From an uncultured virus (IMG/VR IMGVR_UViG_3300046507_000407) (taxonomy: Duplodnaviria > Heunggongvirae > Uroviricota > Caudoviricetes > Schitoviridae), in IMG/VR virus record IMGVR_UViG_3300046507_000407: a stretch of 64,000 nt of DNA, one strand, 5' to 3'. Of the stretch, positions 16,635-25,284 are shown one piece after another. The notes beneath the pieces are model-generated. The model saw nothing but the letters and a program-made list of their open reading frames with translations, was not told the origin of the DNA and did no database searches. Positions within the stretch are counted from its first letter, which is position 1. Every line of letters begins with the position of its first letter. The position numbers and the translations under genes were made by a program.

Positions 16635-17542
16635 TGACGATCACAGTCAAAGTAATAGCTGACAGCATCAGCGCGGCGGGCCAACGACTGACGACCATGC
16701 AGCTACGCTATCCGCGATTCATCCATGCGGAAGTGATGACTCACCGGGTGTTCTCACGCAACGCATCGTCTTCCCGTGCCATTCCTGTGGAACGGATCAT
16801 CGCAGATCTGCAGCGCGATCCGGCGATCCCCGTTCACTGGGGCGCCAACCAGCCCGGCATGCAGGCCCGGCAGGAACTCGACGCCGAGGGCAAGCTGCTC
16901 GCTTCCGCTCACTGGCTCGATGCGATGGACCTCGTTGTCAAGGAAGTACAGGAACTCGTCAAGCTCGGCCTGCACAAACAGGTCGCCAACCGGCTGCTGG
17001 AGCCGTGGAGCCACATCAACGTGGTGGTGACGTCATCGCAGTGGGCGAACTTCTTCGCACTCCGCTGCCATCCGGATGCCCAGCCGGAGATTCAGCAACT
17101 GGCGCAAACCATGGAGCATGCACTGCTCCTGTCCATCCCCACCCTGGTTCACGTAGGCGAGTGGCACCTGCCCTACATCAACTTCGGTGAAGACTGGGTC
17201 GAAGCAACCCGGTACTGCCAGGCTGGTCGCATCACCCGCGACATGCCTCGCAAGGAAGAGATCTACGCTGTGCTGCGCAAGGTCAGCACAGCCCGCAACG
17301 CACGCGTGTCCTATCTCACGCATGACGGTCGCAGGACCACGGTCGAGGAGGACGTGGACCTGCACAACAAACTGGTGGTGGCCGAGCCACTGCACGCCTC
17401 GCCGGCCGAGCATGTGGCCACACCGGATCGCTGGCTGGAAGGCGAGAAGCACGGTTACTGGGAGAACGAAGAGCTCCACGGCAACCTGACCGGCTGGCAA
17501 CAATATCGAAAACTTCTTCCCAGGGAGTTCGTGCCTGGTTAG
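16634..17542 (+). CDS. thyX: flavin-dependent thymidylate synthase ThyX (N4 gp30-like)
   Basis: YPRFIHAEVMTHRVFSRNASSSRAIP, HKQVANRLLEP, FFALRCHPDAQPEI, HASPAEH. Confidence 0.92.
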   Translation: MTITVKVIADSISAAGQRLTTMQLRYPRFIHAEVMTHRVFSRNASSSRAIPVERIIADLQRDPAIPVHWGANQPGMQARQELDAEGKLLASAHWLDAMDLVVKEVQELVKLGLHKQVANRLLEPWSHINVVVTSSQWANFFALRCHPDAQPEIQQLAQTMEHALLLSIPTLVHVGEWHLPYINFGEDWVEATRYCQAGRITRDMPRKEEIYAVLRKVSTARNARVSYLTHDGRRTTVEEDVDLHNKLVVAEPLHASPAEHVATPDRWLEGEKHGYWENEELHGNLTGWQQYRKLLPREFVPG

Positions 17543-17605
17543 AATTAAGTTTGTGGGAGGTTGAATGGTTTCTTGGGGGTAAACCCCTCGCCATGCGACC
17601 CCTTG

Positions 17606-17637
17606 AGGGGCACTGGAAACGGTGCCCCTATTTTTTC
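17606..17637 (+). terminator. intrinsic terminator
   Basis: AGGGGCACTG-GAAA-CGGTGCCCCT-ATTTTTT. Confidence 0.8.
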
Positions 17638-17685
17638 CCTTTTGATTAGAGATTTCTTTGAGGTCGCTAACCAAAGGAGAAAACG

Positions 17686-18036
17686 ATGCTATCTGAAGCC
17701 CGTTACCGGGAAGTGCTGGACGAGGTGTTCGTGGGCACCGGTCCCAACTGGGCACAGGGTGGAGCGGACTGGAACAACCAGATGATCCTCGCCCTGGCCA
17801 TCCATGGACTCGTCCTGCTGCCCCGCTATGGCAGCTGGGGCGGTACCCCGCCATTCAGGCACTACATCGAGATGTCCGCTCCGTCCCTTGAGACAGTCAA
17901 GGACGAGCATGGCCGTACGCATCTTCGGCCGCCAGCCTGGAACACCAGCTGGATCGTCGATGCCGATTGGGAAGAGCACTACAAACCGCCTCTCAAGTTC
18001 CAGTTCACACCTCTCACAAGGAAAAACCAATGCTAG
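17686..18036 (+). CDS. hypothetical protein
   Basis: 116-aa ORF with AAGGAG RBS. Confidence 0.65.
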   Translation: MLSEARYREVLDEVFVGTGPNWAQGGADWNNQMILALAIHGLVLLPRYGSWGGTPPFRHYIEMSAPSLETVKDEHGRTHLRPPAWNTSWIVDADWEEHYKPPLKFQFTPLTRKNQC

Positions 18037-20504
18037 TCGCAGATATTCAGGGTGAAGCCACCGCAGCCACGCTCGGTGCGAAACGTACCACCGCAATGGG
18101 CATGGTGCAGGACGCCGGGTTCCTCATGATGCTCTCGACTAACCTGTACTCGAACCAGCAACTGGCGTGCATCCGTGAAACGCTGTGCAACGCATGGGAT
18201 GCTCACATCGAGGCTGGCACGACTCATGTGCCGGTGAAGGTCACCATCACCGCAGAGAACGAGCTCGTGATCGAGGACAGTGGTCTCGGTATCCCCGAAG
18301 ACCTGTTCGAAGAGATCTATGGCACGTTCGGCGGCTCGACCAAGCGACTGAATAAGGCCGTGACGGGCGGCTTCGGACTCGGCTGCAAGTCGCCCTGGGC
18401 CTACACGGAATCCTTCCGTGTGATCAGCGAGAACCAGGGAAAGAAAGTGGTCTACAACCTGGTGCGTGCCTCGGTGGAAGTTCATGGCCTGCCGGCGATC
18501 ACCCGCGTGATGGAGATGCCCACCGAACGCTCGGGCCTGACCGTGCGCTTCCAGCTCAAGCAGCAGGACGTGGAGCAGATGGTGCTCTACATCCGCCATA
18601 TCGCCATGCACGGCGACATGAACGTGCTGTTCCTGCGCGAAGGCCATATGGATGAGCCGATGCAGCTGCCCAAACTGGAGCTCGATCCGACACCAGGTAG
18701 CTACTCGGTCGAAGCGTCCAAATGGTACGACAGCTACATGGGCCGGCATGACCTGTTCGTGCGTTATGGCGCCGTCGTCTATCCGATGTTGCAGACCCCG
18801 GGTACGCAGAAAGCGGTGAATCTGCTGAAGGAATTCATGGAGCTGGTCGGCTTCAGCAAGATGGTTGTGCAGGCCGCACCCGGCACGCTGGCACTGACAC
18901 CGAACCGTGAAACGCTGTCGTCTTCGAAGATGACCGAAGACGGCATCACGGAGCTGTGCGTGGCACTCGTGGCCCGCATCGAGGAGGACATCATTCGTCA
19001 GATCCCCGGCTCGATCATGCAGGCCGTGGAACGTCTGGAGAAGGGCGACAGCTACTTCAGCACGCTGGAGAGTTTCCGCGATGTGACAGAAGTCATCACA
19101 CCCATGTCGGTGCGCCGGTATCTGGAATCGCAACTCGGTCGGGTGAAGTGCGCCAAGTATGAAGCCATGCTGAAAAGCGCCGAGCATCGTGGCTTCAAGA
19201 GCAGGCACATGTTCACCAACAAGGCAGCAACGCACGAGTATCACCATCTGCGTCGCCGTCTGGCTGGACGGCACTGGAAAGAGAAGGACTCGATACGTCT
19301 GGCCTTCGCCAAGCATTACGTGCTGCGGCCGCTCTCGCGTGTGTTCCTGAAGAACCCGCAGGTACTGAAGCAGAACCAGCTCTTTCACGCCGAGCACTTC
19401 TTCTCAGGCAGTTCGACCAGGCAGTCCCGCTGGCTGGAGCATGTCGATGTCCGCGAGTTCGACCGGCTCAAGCAGTTGATCGACTCACCGACTGTGTTCG
19501 TCACGACACGCACCAAACATCTTCTCAAGAGCATCAAGTGCTGTCCGTGGGTGACGAACGAGAGTGCCACCTGGGTCTACCGGCTTGAACCCAAGCAGGA
19601 CCAGGCAGCTGTCATCAAGGCATTCGAAGACAGCGGCATGAAGGTGATCGATCTCACGCTGAATCACGACTGGGACGACGGCGCAGCCTTGATCGAATCG
19701 GAACGTGCGTATCGCAGCGCGAACCGTAAGGCAGCAACCGGCACGTTGCCAGGCATCGAGACGAAGAAAGTCCGCAACATGCTGATGTCGCTCTCGAACG
19801 TCTATCACGCGGATGGTCAGCGCAAGATGGGCGTGGAACACATCAAGGTCATGAAGAATGTGACCGAGATGAGCAACACACCGCTCTTCTACGTGGAAGT
19901 GGACCGGCTGGGCAAGGAGGGTTCCCTTGGCTCTTTCGGACATTACCTCGATCTCGATGACAACGAGCGCAAGCACGGTGTGATCGTGCGCGGTGGTATC
20001 GAGAAGAACATGGCCATCCGGCGTGGTGCGGTGGATATGAATGCCTACCTCGCCCAGAAACTGTGGGCGCGTGTGCATACGAAGGAATACGAAACGTATT
20101 GCACGAAGCTGCGCAGGCCTGCGCTTCAGCACGTCCACAAACTGGGCAACGAGACCGTCGAGATTCTCGACTACCTCGGCGTCAAGCTGCCCGGGCTGGA
20201 CAAGCTCATCACCGACCTGGCAATGGAGCGTGCGCTGGAACAGACCTCAAGCATTAGCGCAACCACGTTCGCGCACTACATGCCTCAACTGACCATGGAG
20301 GAAATGCGCCACTACTCGCAGGTAGTAACCAAGTTTGAGCTCATCGAGCTTCCCTCGATTGCCAAGATCAAGACGCTGAAAAAGGACCGGATGCTTCAGC
20401 GTCTGTTGTGGGATCTGGACATGCTCAAGCAGTATCCGGAGCGCAAGGCTGCGCTCAAATCGCTCGTCATGAGCGCCCTTAAAAACGGAAAGCAAGATGA
20501 ATAA
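18030..20504 (+). CDS. rIIA: rIIA-like lysis-inhibition protein
   Basis: GHKL ATPase N-terminus: LYSNQQLACIRETLCNAWDAH, DSGLGI, STK, GGFGLGCKSPWAY; 824 aa; N4 synteny. Confidence 0.9.
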   Translation: MLVADIQGEATAATLGAKRTTAMGMVQDAGFLMMLSTNLYSNQQLACIRETLCNAWDAHIEAGTTHVPVKVTITAENELVIEDSGLGIPEDLFEEIYGTFGGSTKRLNKAVTGGFGLGCKSPWAYTESFRVISENQGKKVVYNLVRASVEVHGLPAITRVMEMPTERSGLTVRFQLKQQDVEQMVLYIRHIAMHGDMNVLFLREGHMDEPMQLPKLELDPTPGSYSVEASKWYDSYMGRHDLFVRYGAVVYPMLQTPGTQKAVNLLKEFMELVGFSKMVVQAAPGTLALTPNRETLSSSKMTEDGITELCVALVARIEEDIIRQIPGSIMQAVERLEKGDSYFSTLESFRDVTEVITPMSVRRYLESQLGRVKCAKYEAMLKSAEHRGFKSRHMFTNKAATHEYHHLRRRLAGRHWKEKDSIRLAFAKHYVLRPLSRVFLKNPQVLKQNQLFHAEHFFSGSSTRQSRWLEHVDVREFDRLKQLIDSPTVFVTTRTKHLLKSIKCCPWVTNESATWVYRLEPKQDQAAVIKAFEDSGMKVIDLTLNHDWDDGAALIESERAYRSANRKAATGTLPGIETKKVRNMLMSLSNVYHADGQRKMGVEHIKVMKNVTEMSNTPLFYVEVDRLGKEGSLGSFGHYLDLDDNERKHGVIVRGGIEKNMAIRRGAVDMNAYLAQKLWARVHTKEYETYCTKLRRPALQHVHKLGNETVEILDYLGVKLPGLDKLITDLAMERALEQTSSISATTFAHYMPQLTMEEMRHYSQVVTKFELIELPSIAKIKTLKKDRMLQRLLWDLDMLKQYPERKAALKSLVMSALKNGKQDE

Positions 20505-22413
20505 AAATTTCGTGACCATTGTCGCCCTGTCGATCGATAGCCGCCATGCCGTGCTGTACAAGGAAGACGGCTCGACGCTGACGATCCCCCAGGGAGATGC
20601 CCGTCTGCCGCGTATCGTGAAGCAGTCGAAGTTCGAGCTGAAAAACGGCGTGCCGGCAACGGTCGACATCACCCCGGTCGTCATTCAACGCACCGAATTC
20701 CCGGATGCGGAGAAGGGCACCAAGGGCGTGATCAAGTTCTTCCGTGTAGCCAAGAGCTTCCTGAAGTCGCTCGTGAACACCGAGTCGCCGGAGGCCGTGC
20801 CCGAAGAAGTGGCCCACGTCTCGCCGCTGGAGATCGGAGTCTTTCCGGGCAAGGAAGCAACGAACCAAGGAACCAAGGAAGAAGATGCACCTGCAGATCC
20901 GACGCCGGCTGTGGCTGATGCGGCTCCGGTTCAGGCTGACCAGAAAGGACCGGGGTTCTTTGTCAACACTGCTGTCGGAGACCCAAACGCAACTACCGGT
21001 CAGTCCCAGGCTGCGCTGACCAATGACCAGAAGCTGGACGCAGCGCGAGAGCGCATGCACCAGCTGGTTAGCAACAGCGTGGGCACCAGTCAGGCCGAGT
21101 TCCATACGCCGCTCGACGAGCAGACGGAAACGATTGTGGCGGTCCATGAAAAGACCGGCGCCATCATTCCCGATGCGCACAAGCTCGCCCGGCAGCTGCG
21201 TTCGTCGCAGAAGCTGGAGAACTACGTGGGCTTCGAGCGCTTCATCGAACGCCTGTCGGCCATCATCGACCAGCGTGGTCACTCGGTCGAAGACCTGATG
21301 AAGTTCATCGAGAAGGGCGATCTGCCGATTGCGGACGACGGTTGCATCGTCATCTACAAACGGCTCAATAGCCGCGGTGACCACTTCGTCGATGTGCACA
21401 CGGGCAAGATCCCGCAGAAGGTCGGCTCGTATGTGTTCATGCGTGCCGGCCTGGTGGATCCGAACCGTCGCCAGGACTGCTCGAACGGCCTGCACGTTGC
21501 TTCGCTCTCGTACCTGAACGCTTTCAGCGGCAATGTGACGGTGATCGCCAAGGTCCGTCCGGAAGATGTATTTGCGGTACCGCAATACGCGCACAACAAG
21601 ATGCGTGTGTGCGGGTACCACATCCTGGCGAACCTGTCGAATAACCTGCGTGACATCGTCAACAGAGGTGGCTCGATCAGCTCCGATGCCGAAGGTGCAC
21701 GCCTGCTGGCCAACGTGCTGAAGGGCAACCACGTCGGCATTTCCCAGCACGTCGAGATCGGCGGTCACCAGGGCGAGAATGTGACCGTCACGAAGGTGGC
21801 GAATGCAGTGTCGGCCGATCAGCTGCCGGCGCTCAAACTCGATACGGCGCAGACGCTCGACATGCAGGAAGCACTCGAAGCGAAGGCACCGGTGGCTCCG
21901 GAGATCAAGGCCAAGGACCTGATTTCAGCGCCTGCTGAAAAGGTGTTAATTAACATTATGTCAAGTGACCCCAAAGAAACCTCGGGGGAAGTGGCAAATA
22001 AGTCCGTACAAACCGAAGGTAAATTGAGCCAGAAGGAAAAAGCTGCTCAGCTTCTGCATATCGCCCAGACGGCAATGTCGTTCCCCGCCGAAGTGGCTGC
22101 AGTCAAAGCACTGGTCGAGTTCCGTAAATCCACCCGAAAGGGATGGTCGGCACTCGGAATTGATGCGGGCGACGTACTTCATATCGAGAGGGTTCTCGGT
22201 CTGGAATACAAGCCAGTAAACGCTCCCAAGCCTGTGAAGGCCCCGAGCAAAGGCTCCAAGAAGGTGCAAAAGGCTGAGACGCCGAGCAAGATTTCGCCGC
22301 AGGATAAAGCGTATACCTTGCTGGCTCAAGGACTTAGCAACATCGAGGTGGCCAACCAGACCGGCCTGTCCAAAGACCAGGTCTATCGACTGAAGAAAAA
22401 GCTGCCGAAGTAA
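20497..22413 (+). CDS. rIIB: rIIB-like protein with C-terminal HTH
   Basis: DLPIADDGCIVIYK, DPNRRQDCSNGLHVAS, KVRPEDVFAVP, KMRVCGY; follows rIIA. Confidence 0.9.
   Translation: MNKNFVTIVALSIDSRHAVLYKEDGSTLTIPQGDARLPRIVKQSKFELKNGVPATVDITPVVIQRTEFPDAEKGTKGVIKFFRVAKSFLKSLVNTESPEAVPEEVAHVSPLEIGVFPGKEATNQGTKEEDAPADPTPAVADAAPVQADQKGPGFFVNTAVGDPNATTGQSQAALTNDQKLDAARERMHQLVSNSVGTSQAEFHTPLDEQTETIVAVHEKTGAIIPDAHKLARQLRSSQKLENYVGFERFIERLSAIIDQRGHSVEDLMKFIEKGDLPIADDGCIVIYKRLNSRGDHFVDVHTGKIPQKVGSYVFMRAGLVDPNRRQDCSNGLHVASLSYLNAFSGNVTVIAKVRPEDVFAVPQYAHNKMRVCGYHILANLSNNLRDIVNRGGSISSDAEGARLLANVLKGNHVGISQHVEIGGHQGENVTVTKVANAVSADQLPALKLDTAQTLDMQEALEAKAPVAPEIKAKDLISAPAEKVLINIMSSDPKETSGEVANKSVQTEGKLSQKEKAAQLLHIAQTAMSFPAEVAAVKALVEFRKSTRKGWSALGIDAGDVLHIERVLGLEYKPVNAPKPVKAPSKGSKKVQKAETPSKISPQDKAYTLLAQGLSNIEVANQTGLSKDQVYRLKKKLPK
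21939..21966 (+). other. dif-like XerC/XerD recombination site candidate (11-6-11)
   Basis: AAAGGTGTTAA TTAACA TTATGTCAAGT; right arm 9/11 identical to the E. coli XerD arm TTATGTTAAAT; AT-rich island in a GC-rich gene. Confidence 0.45.
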
Positions 22414-22511
22414 TTCGGTCTAGTGTTCGGAAACCCACAGTAAACCCCGCTCTCTTCCAAGATAGTTCTAGTCATGTCAAACTAGAGTTTATTTTGAGGA
22501 GAGTGACCATT

Positions 22512-22859
22512 ATGTCTGGCGTTTACCGGGCAAACCGAAAGGCAACAGACGAGGACATCATCCGACTTAACAGCGTCGGACTGTCCTTGTCTTCGATTGC
22601 AAAGCTGTTGGACTGCCATCCAACTACCATCACGCTCCGACTGAAGGCACTTGGAATCAGCCCCGCTGATACTCGACGTACCTTTATGGAGGACGTGTTC
22701 ATGTCATTGTCTCCCAAGCAGCAGGAATGGCTGGCTAAACAGCTCGGCCCTCACATCTCAATCAAGGATTTTGTGAGAAACCTGCTTGTGAAGGAGTTTC
22801 TTAAAAGCGGGGAAACAGATGTCAAAGCAACAAGGAAGTCTCCAAAAGCTGTCAGCTAA
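22512..22859 (+). CDS. HTH DNA-binding protein (N4 gp35-like)
   Basis: GLSLSSIAKLLDCHPTTITLRLKALG HTH; PADTRRTFMED segment; ATG 22512 after GAGGAG. Confidence 0.8.
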   Translation: MSGVYRANRKATDEDIIRLNSVGLSLSSIAKLLDCHPTTITLRLKALGISPADTRRTFMEDVFMSLSPKQQEWLAKQLGPHISIKDFVRNLLVKEFLKSGETDVKATRKSPKAVS

Positions 22860-23346
22860 TGTCCTGAGCGCAACTCTTGCCTGGTTTGCGGCAGCTCGCC
22901 CTCAACCCACCAGCAAGCAGTTTCATACCCAACTCGGCGTTCACTTCGAAGAAGTCGGAGAGATGGTCGATGAACTCACGCCGTGCAACTCCAAGACTGC
23001 GGTCCTGTTGCATGAAGCGAGAGTTGCCCTCAAGGCATTAGGCAATCACCTGAAAGCGACGGACGAATCCGTGACCGTTCTTCCGGAAGACCGTCAGGAT
23101 TTCCTGGACGCGATCTGCGACCAGATCGTGACCGTCACCGGCGTCGGCCAGCATGCGGGTTTCCCGGTGGTGGATGCACTCGATGAGGTCAACCGTTCGA
23201 ACTGGTCCAAGTTCGATGACAAAGGCCAGCCCATCGTCGACGCCAACGGCAAGATCATGAAAGGCCCGGGCTACTTCAAGCCCGACCTGTCGCAGTTCGT
23301 CCCGAAGCGGATCCCCGTCTTCGACGACAAGCTCACCACCGCGTAA
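22819..23346 (+). CDS. NTP pyrophosphohydrolase (MazG/PRA-PH-like)
   Basis: HFEEVGE, LDAICDQIV, EVNRSNWSK, GKIMKGPGYFKPDL. Confidence 0.85.
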   Translation: MSKQQGSLQKLSANVLSATLAWFAAARPQPTSKQFHTQLGVHFEEVGEMVDELTPCNSKTAVLLHEARVALKALGNHLKATDESVTVLPEDRQDFLDAICDQIVTVTGVGQHAGFPVVDALDEVNRSNWSKFDDKGQPIVDANGKIMKGPGYFKPDLSQFVPKRIPVFDDKLTTA

Positions 23347-23417
23347 CTCCCTCCCCCTGATTTTTCCCCTGGCTCACCGCCAGGGGCGTATTCTCTATTT
23401 CCAGTTAGGACTCCTTC

Positions 23418-24722
23418 ATGGAACAGTTGAAAACGATCCCGCTCAACAGCGGGCAGCAAGCCGCAGCGGACGGATTCATGCAGTTCCTGTTCGGATCCGA
23501 CAAGGAGCTGTGCATCGCCGGCCCGGGTGGCGTCGGCAAGACCTACCTCATGTCGTACCTGATCGACGAGGTGATGCCGCAGTACGAAAAGATGTGCGCG
23601 ATCACCGGCATGCGCCCGCAGTTCACCGAAGTGGTGATGACCGCCACGACCAACAAGGCCGCCGAAGTGCTGGCCGAAGCCACCAAGCGGCCGACCCAGA
23701 CCGTCCATTCGTTCCTGAACCTCGTACTCCGTGAGAACTGGAGCACCGGCCAGATGCGGCTGGAGCACGGCAAGCAGTGGAAGATCCACTACAACAAGAT
23801 CATCTTCATCGACGAGTCGTCGATGATCGACACGCCTTTGCGCCGGGAGATTCTCGAAGGCACCCACGGCTGCAAGATCATCTACGTGGGTGACCACCGG
23901 CAGCTCTCGCCCATCACGGAAAAGATCTCGCCGGTCTATGCCGATGCGTCGCTGCCCTTCTTCGAGCTCACCGAGCAGATGCGGACCACCATCCCTCACC
24001 TGCAGGCAGTCAATGCGCAGCTGAGAGAGACGGTGAAGACCGGCGTCTTCCAGCCGATCCAGACGCTACCCGGTGTGATCGACCTGCTCGATGGCCCGCA
24101 GATGGAGGCGGAAGTCAACGCCACCTTCCATCAGCAGACGCACGAAGCACGGATCCTCGCCTACACCAATCCGCGGGTGCTGCAGTACAACGCCCACATC
24201 CGCGAACTGCGTGGCCTGGGTGAAGCCTTTACCGTCGGTGAGTTCCTCGTGAACAACTCCGCGGTGATCCTGGGCTCGGTTGTGATGCACGTCGAGGAAG
24301 AGATCGAGGTGATGGACATCGATCCGACCCCGGAGATGATCGACCTGGACGGCCATGCCGAACTGGAAGTCGTTCGCATGACGTTCAAGAACAGCTATCA
24401 CGAGCTCTACCGTGACGTGCCGGTACCGGTGGATCGTGACCATTACAGCCGGCTGCTGAAGTATTTCCAGAAGGAAAAGATGTGGCGCACCTTCTACCAG
24501 CTCAAGAACGGTTTCCCCGATCTGCGCCAGCGTGATGCGGCCACCGTGCACAAGGCACAGGGCTCGACCTACGGCACCGTGTTCATCGATCTCGATGACC
24601 TCTCCACCTGCCGTAACCCGGACACCGCAGCCCGCCTGCTGTACGTCGCGTTCAGCCGTGCCCGGCACCGTGTCGTGTGCTACGGCGAGCTCGCCCAGAA
24701 ATTTGGAGGAATGCTCACATGA
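23418..24722 (+). CDS. SF1 DNA helicase (Dda/RecD-like, N4 gp37-like)
   Basis: GPGGVGKT, TATTNKAA, IDESSMI, YVGDHRQL, LTEQMR, TVHKAQGST, LYVAFSRAR. Confidence 0.93.
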   Translation: MEQLKTIPLNSGQQAAADGFMQFLFGSDKELCIAGPGGVGKTYLMSYLIDEVMPQYEKMCAITGMRPQFTEVVMTATTNKAAEVLAEATKRPTQTVHSFLNLVLRENWSTGQMRLEHGKQWKIHYNKIIFIDESSMIDTPLRREILEGTHGCKIIYVGDHRQLSPITEKISPVYADASLPFFELTEQMRTTIPHLQAVNAQLRETVKTGVFQPIQTLPGVIDLLDGPQMEAEVNATFHQQTHEARILAYTNPRVLQYNAHIRELRGLGEAFTVGEFLVNNSAVILGSVVMHVEEEIEVMDIDPTPEMIDLDGHAELEVVRMTFKNSYHELYRDVPVPVDRDHYSRLLKYFQKEKMWRTFYQLKNGFPDLRQRDAATVHKAQGSTYGTVFIDLDDLSTCRNPDTAARLLYVAFSRARHRVVCYGELAQKFGGMLT

Positions 24723-25267
24723 GACAGATGCCAACCAAGCCCCTGCCGGTCACCAGCAACAACATTGCGTTCAAGGTGCTGACCGACCTGATGGTGAAGA
24801 TGTTCGAGCCAGAGGAAAGACGGTTGCAGGCAATGCTGGACCGCCTCATCGAACAGAATCAGGAAGTCATGCCCGCCAGCACAGGGGCGATGTGCGGCTT
24901 CATCTTCAACGGTGAGCGGCACATCCATAGCCGGTACCCTGGCTACCCGGGAACACTGCTGCCGGGACTCTCCTTTGGCCTGAATGACCCGATGGACGCA
25001 TGGCTGAAGGATAAGGCCGTCATCAATCAGGACCGTGACCTGATCCAGCAGACGCTCTTCAAGTGCGTCTTCAACTGGCGGGATGGTCAGGACTTCCGTA
25101 ATCGCATGCCGGACGCCGTGGTGCCGCTGCTCTCCGACGGCCTGCAGCTGCTACCCCGCACCGTGCCTTTCGAGGAGGCGACATGTCTGAAGGACCGGGA
25201 CAGACGGCAGTTCGAGAAGATCCTGCCGAAGATCGAGCTGTACACCGCAGTTCGACTGATTTACTGA
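24719..25267 (+). CDS. hypothetical protein (N4 gp38 position)
   Basis: ATGA overlap at 24719; syntenic between helicase and polymerase. Confidence 0.65.
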   Translation: MRQMPTKPLPVTSNNIAFKVLTDLMVKMFEPEERRLQAMLDRLIEQNQEVMPASTGAMCGFIFNGERHIHSRYPGYPGTLLPGLSFGLNDPMDAWLKDKAVINQDRDLIQQTLFKCVFNWRDGQDFRNRMPDAVVPLLSDGLQLLPRTVPFEEATCLKDRDRRQFEKILPKIELYTAVRLIY

Positions 25268-25284
25268 AGAAGGAGTTGCACGAG

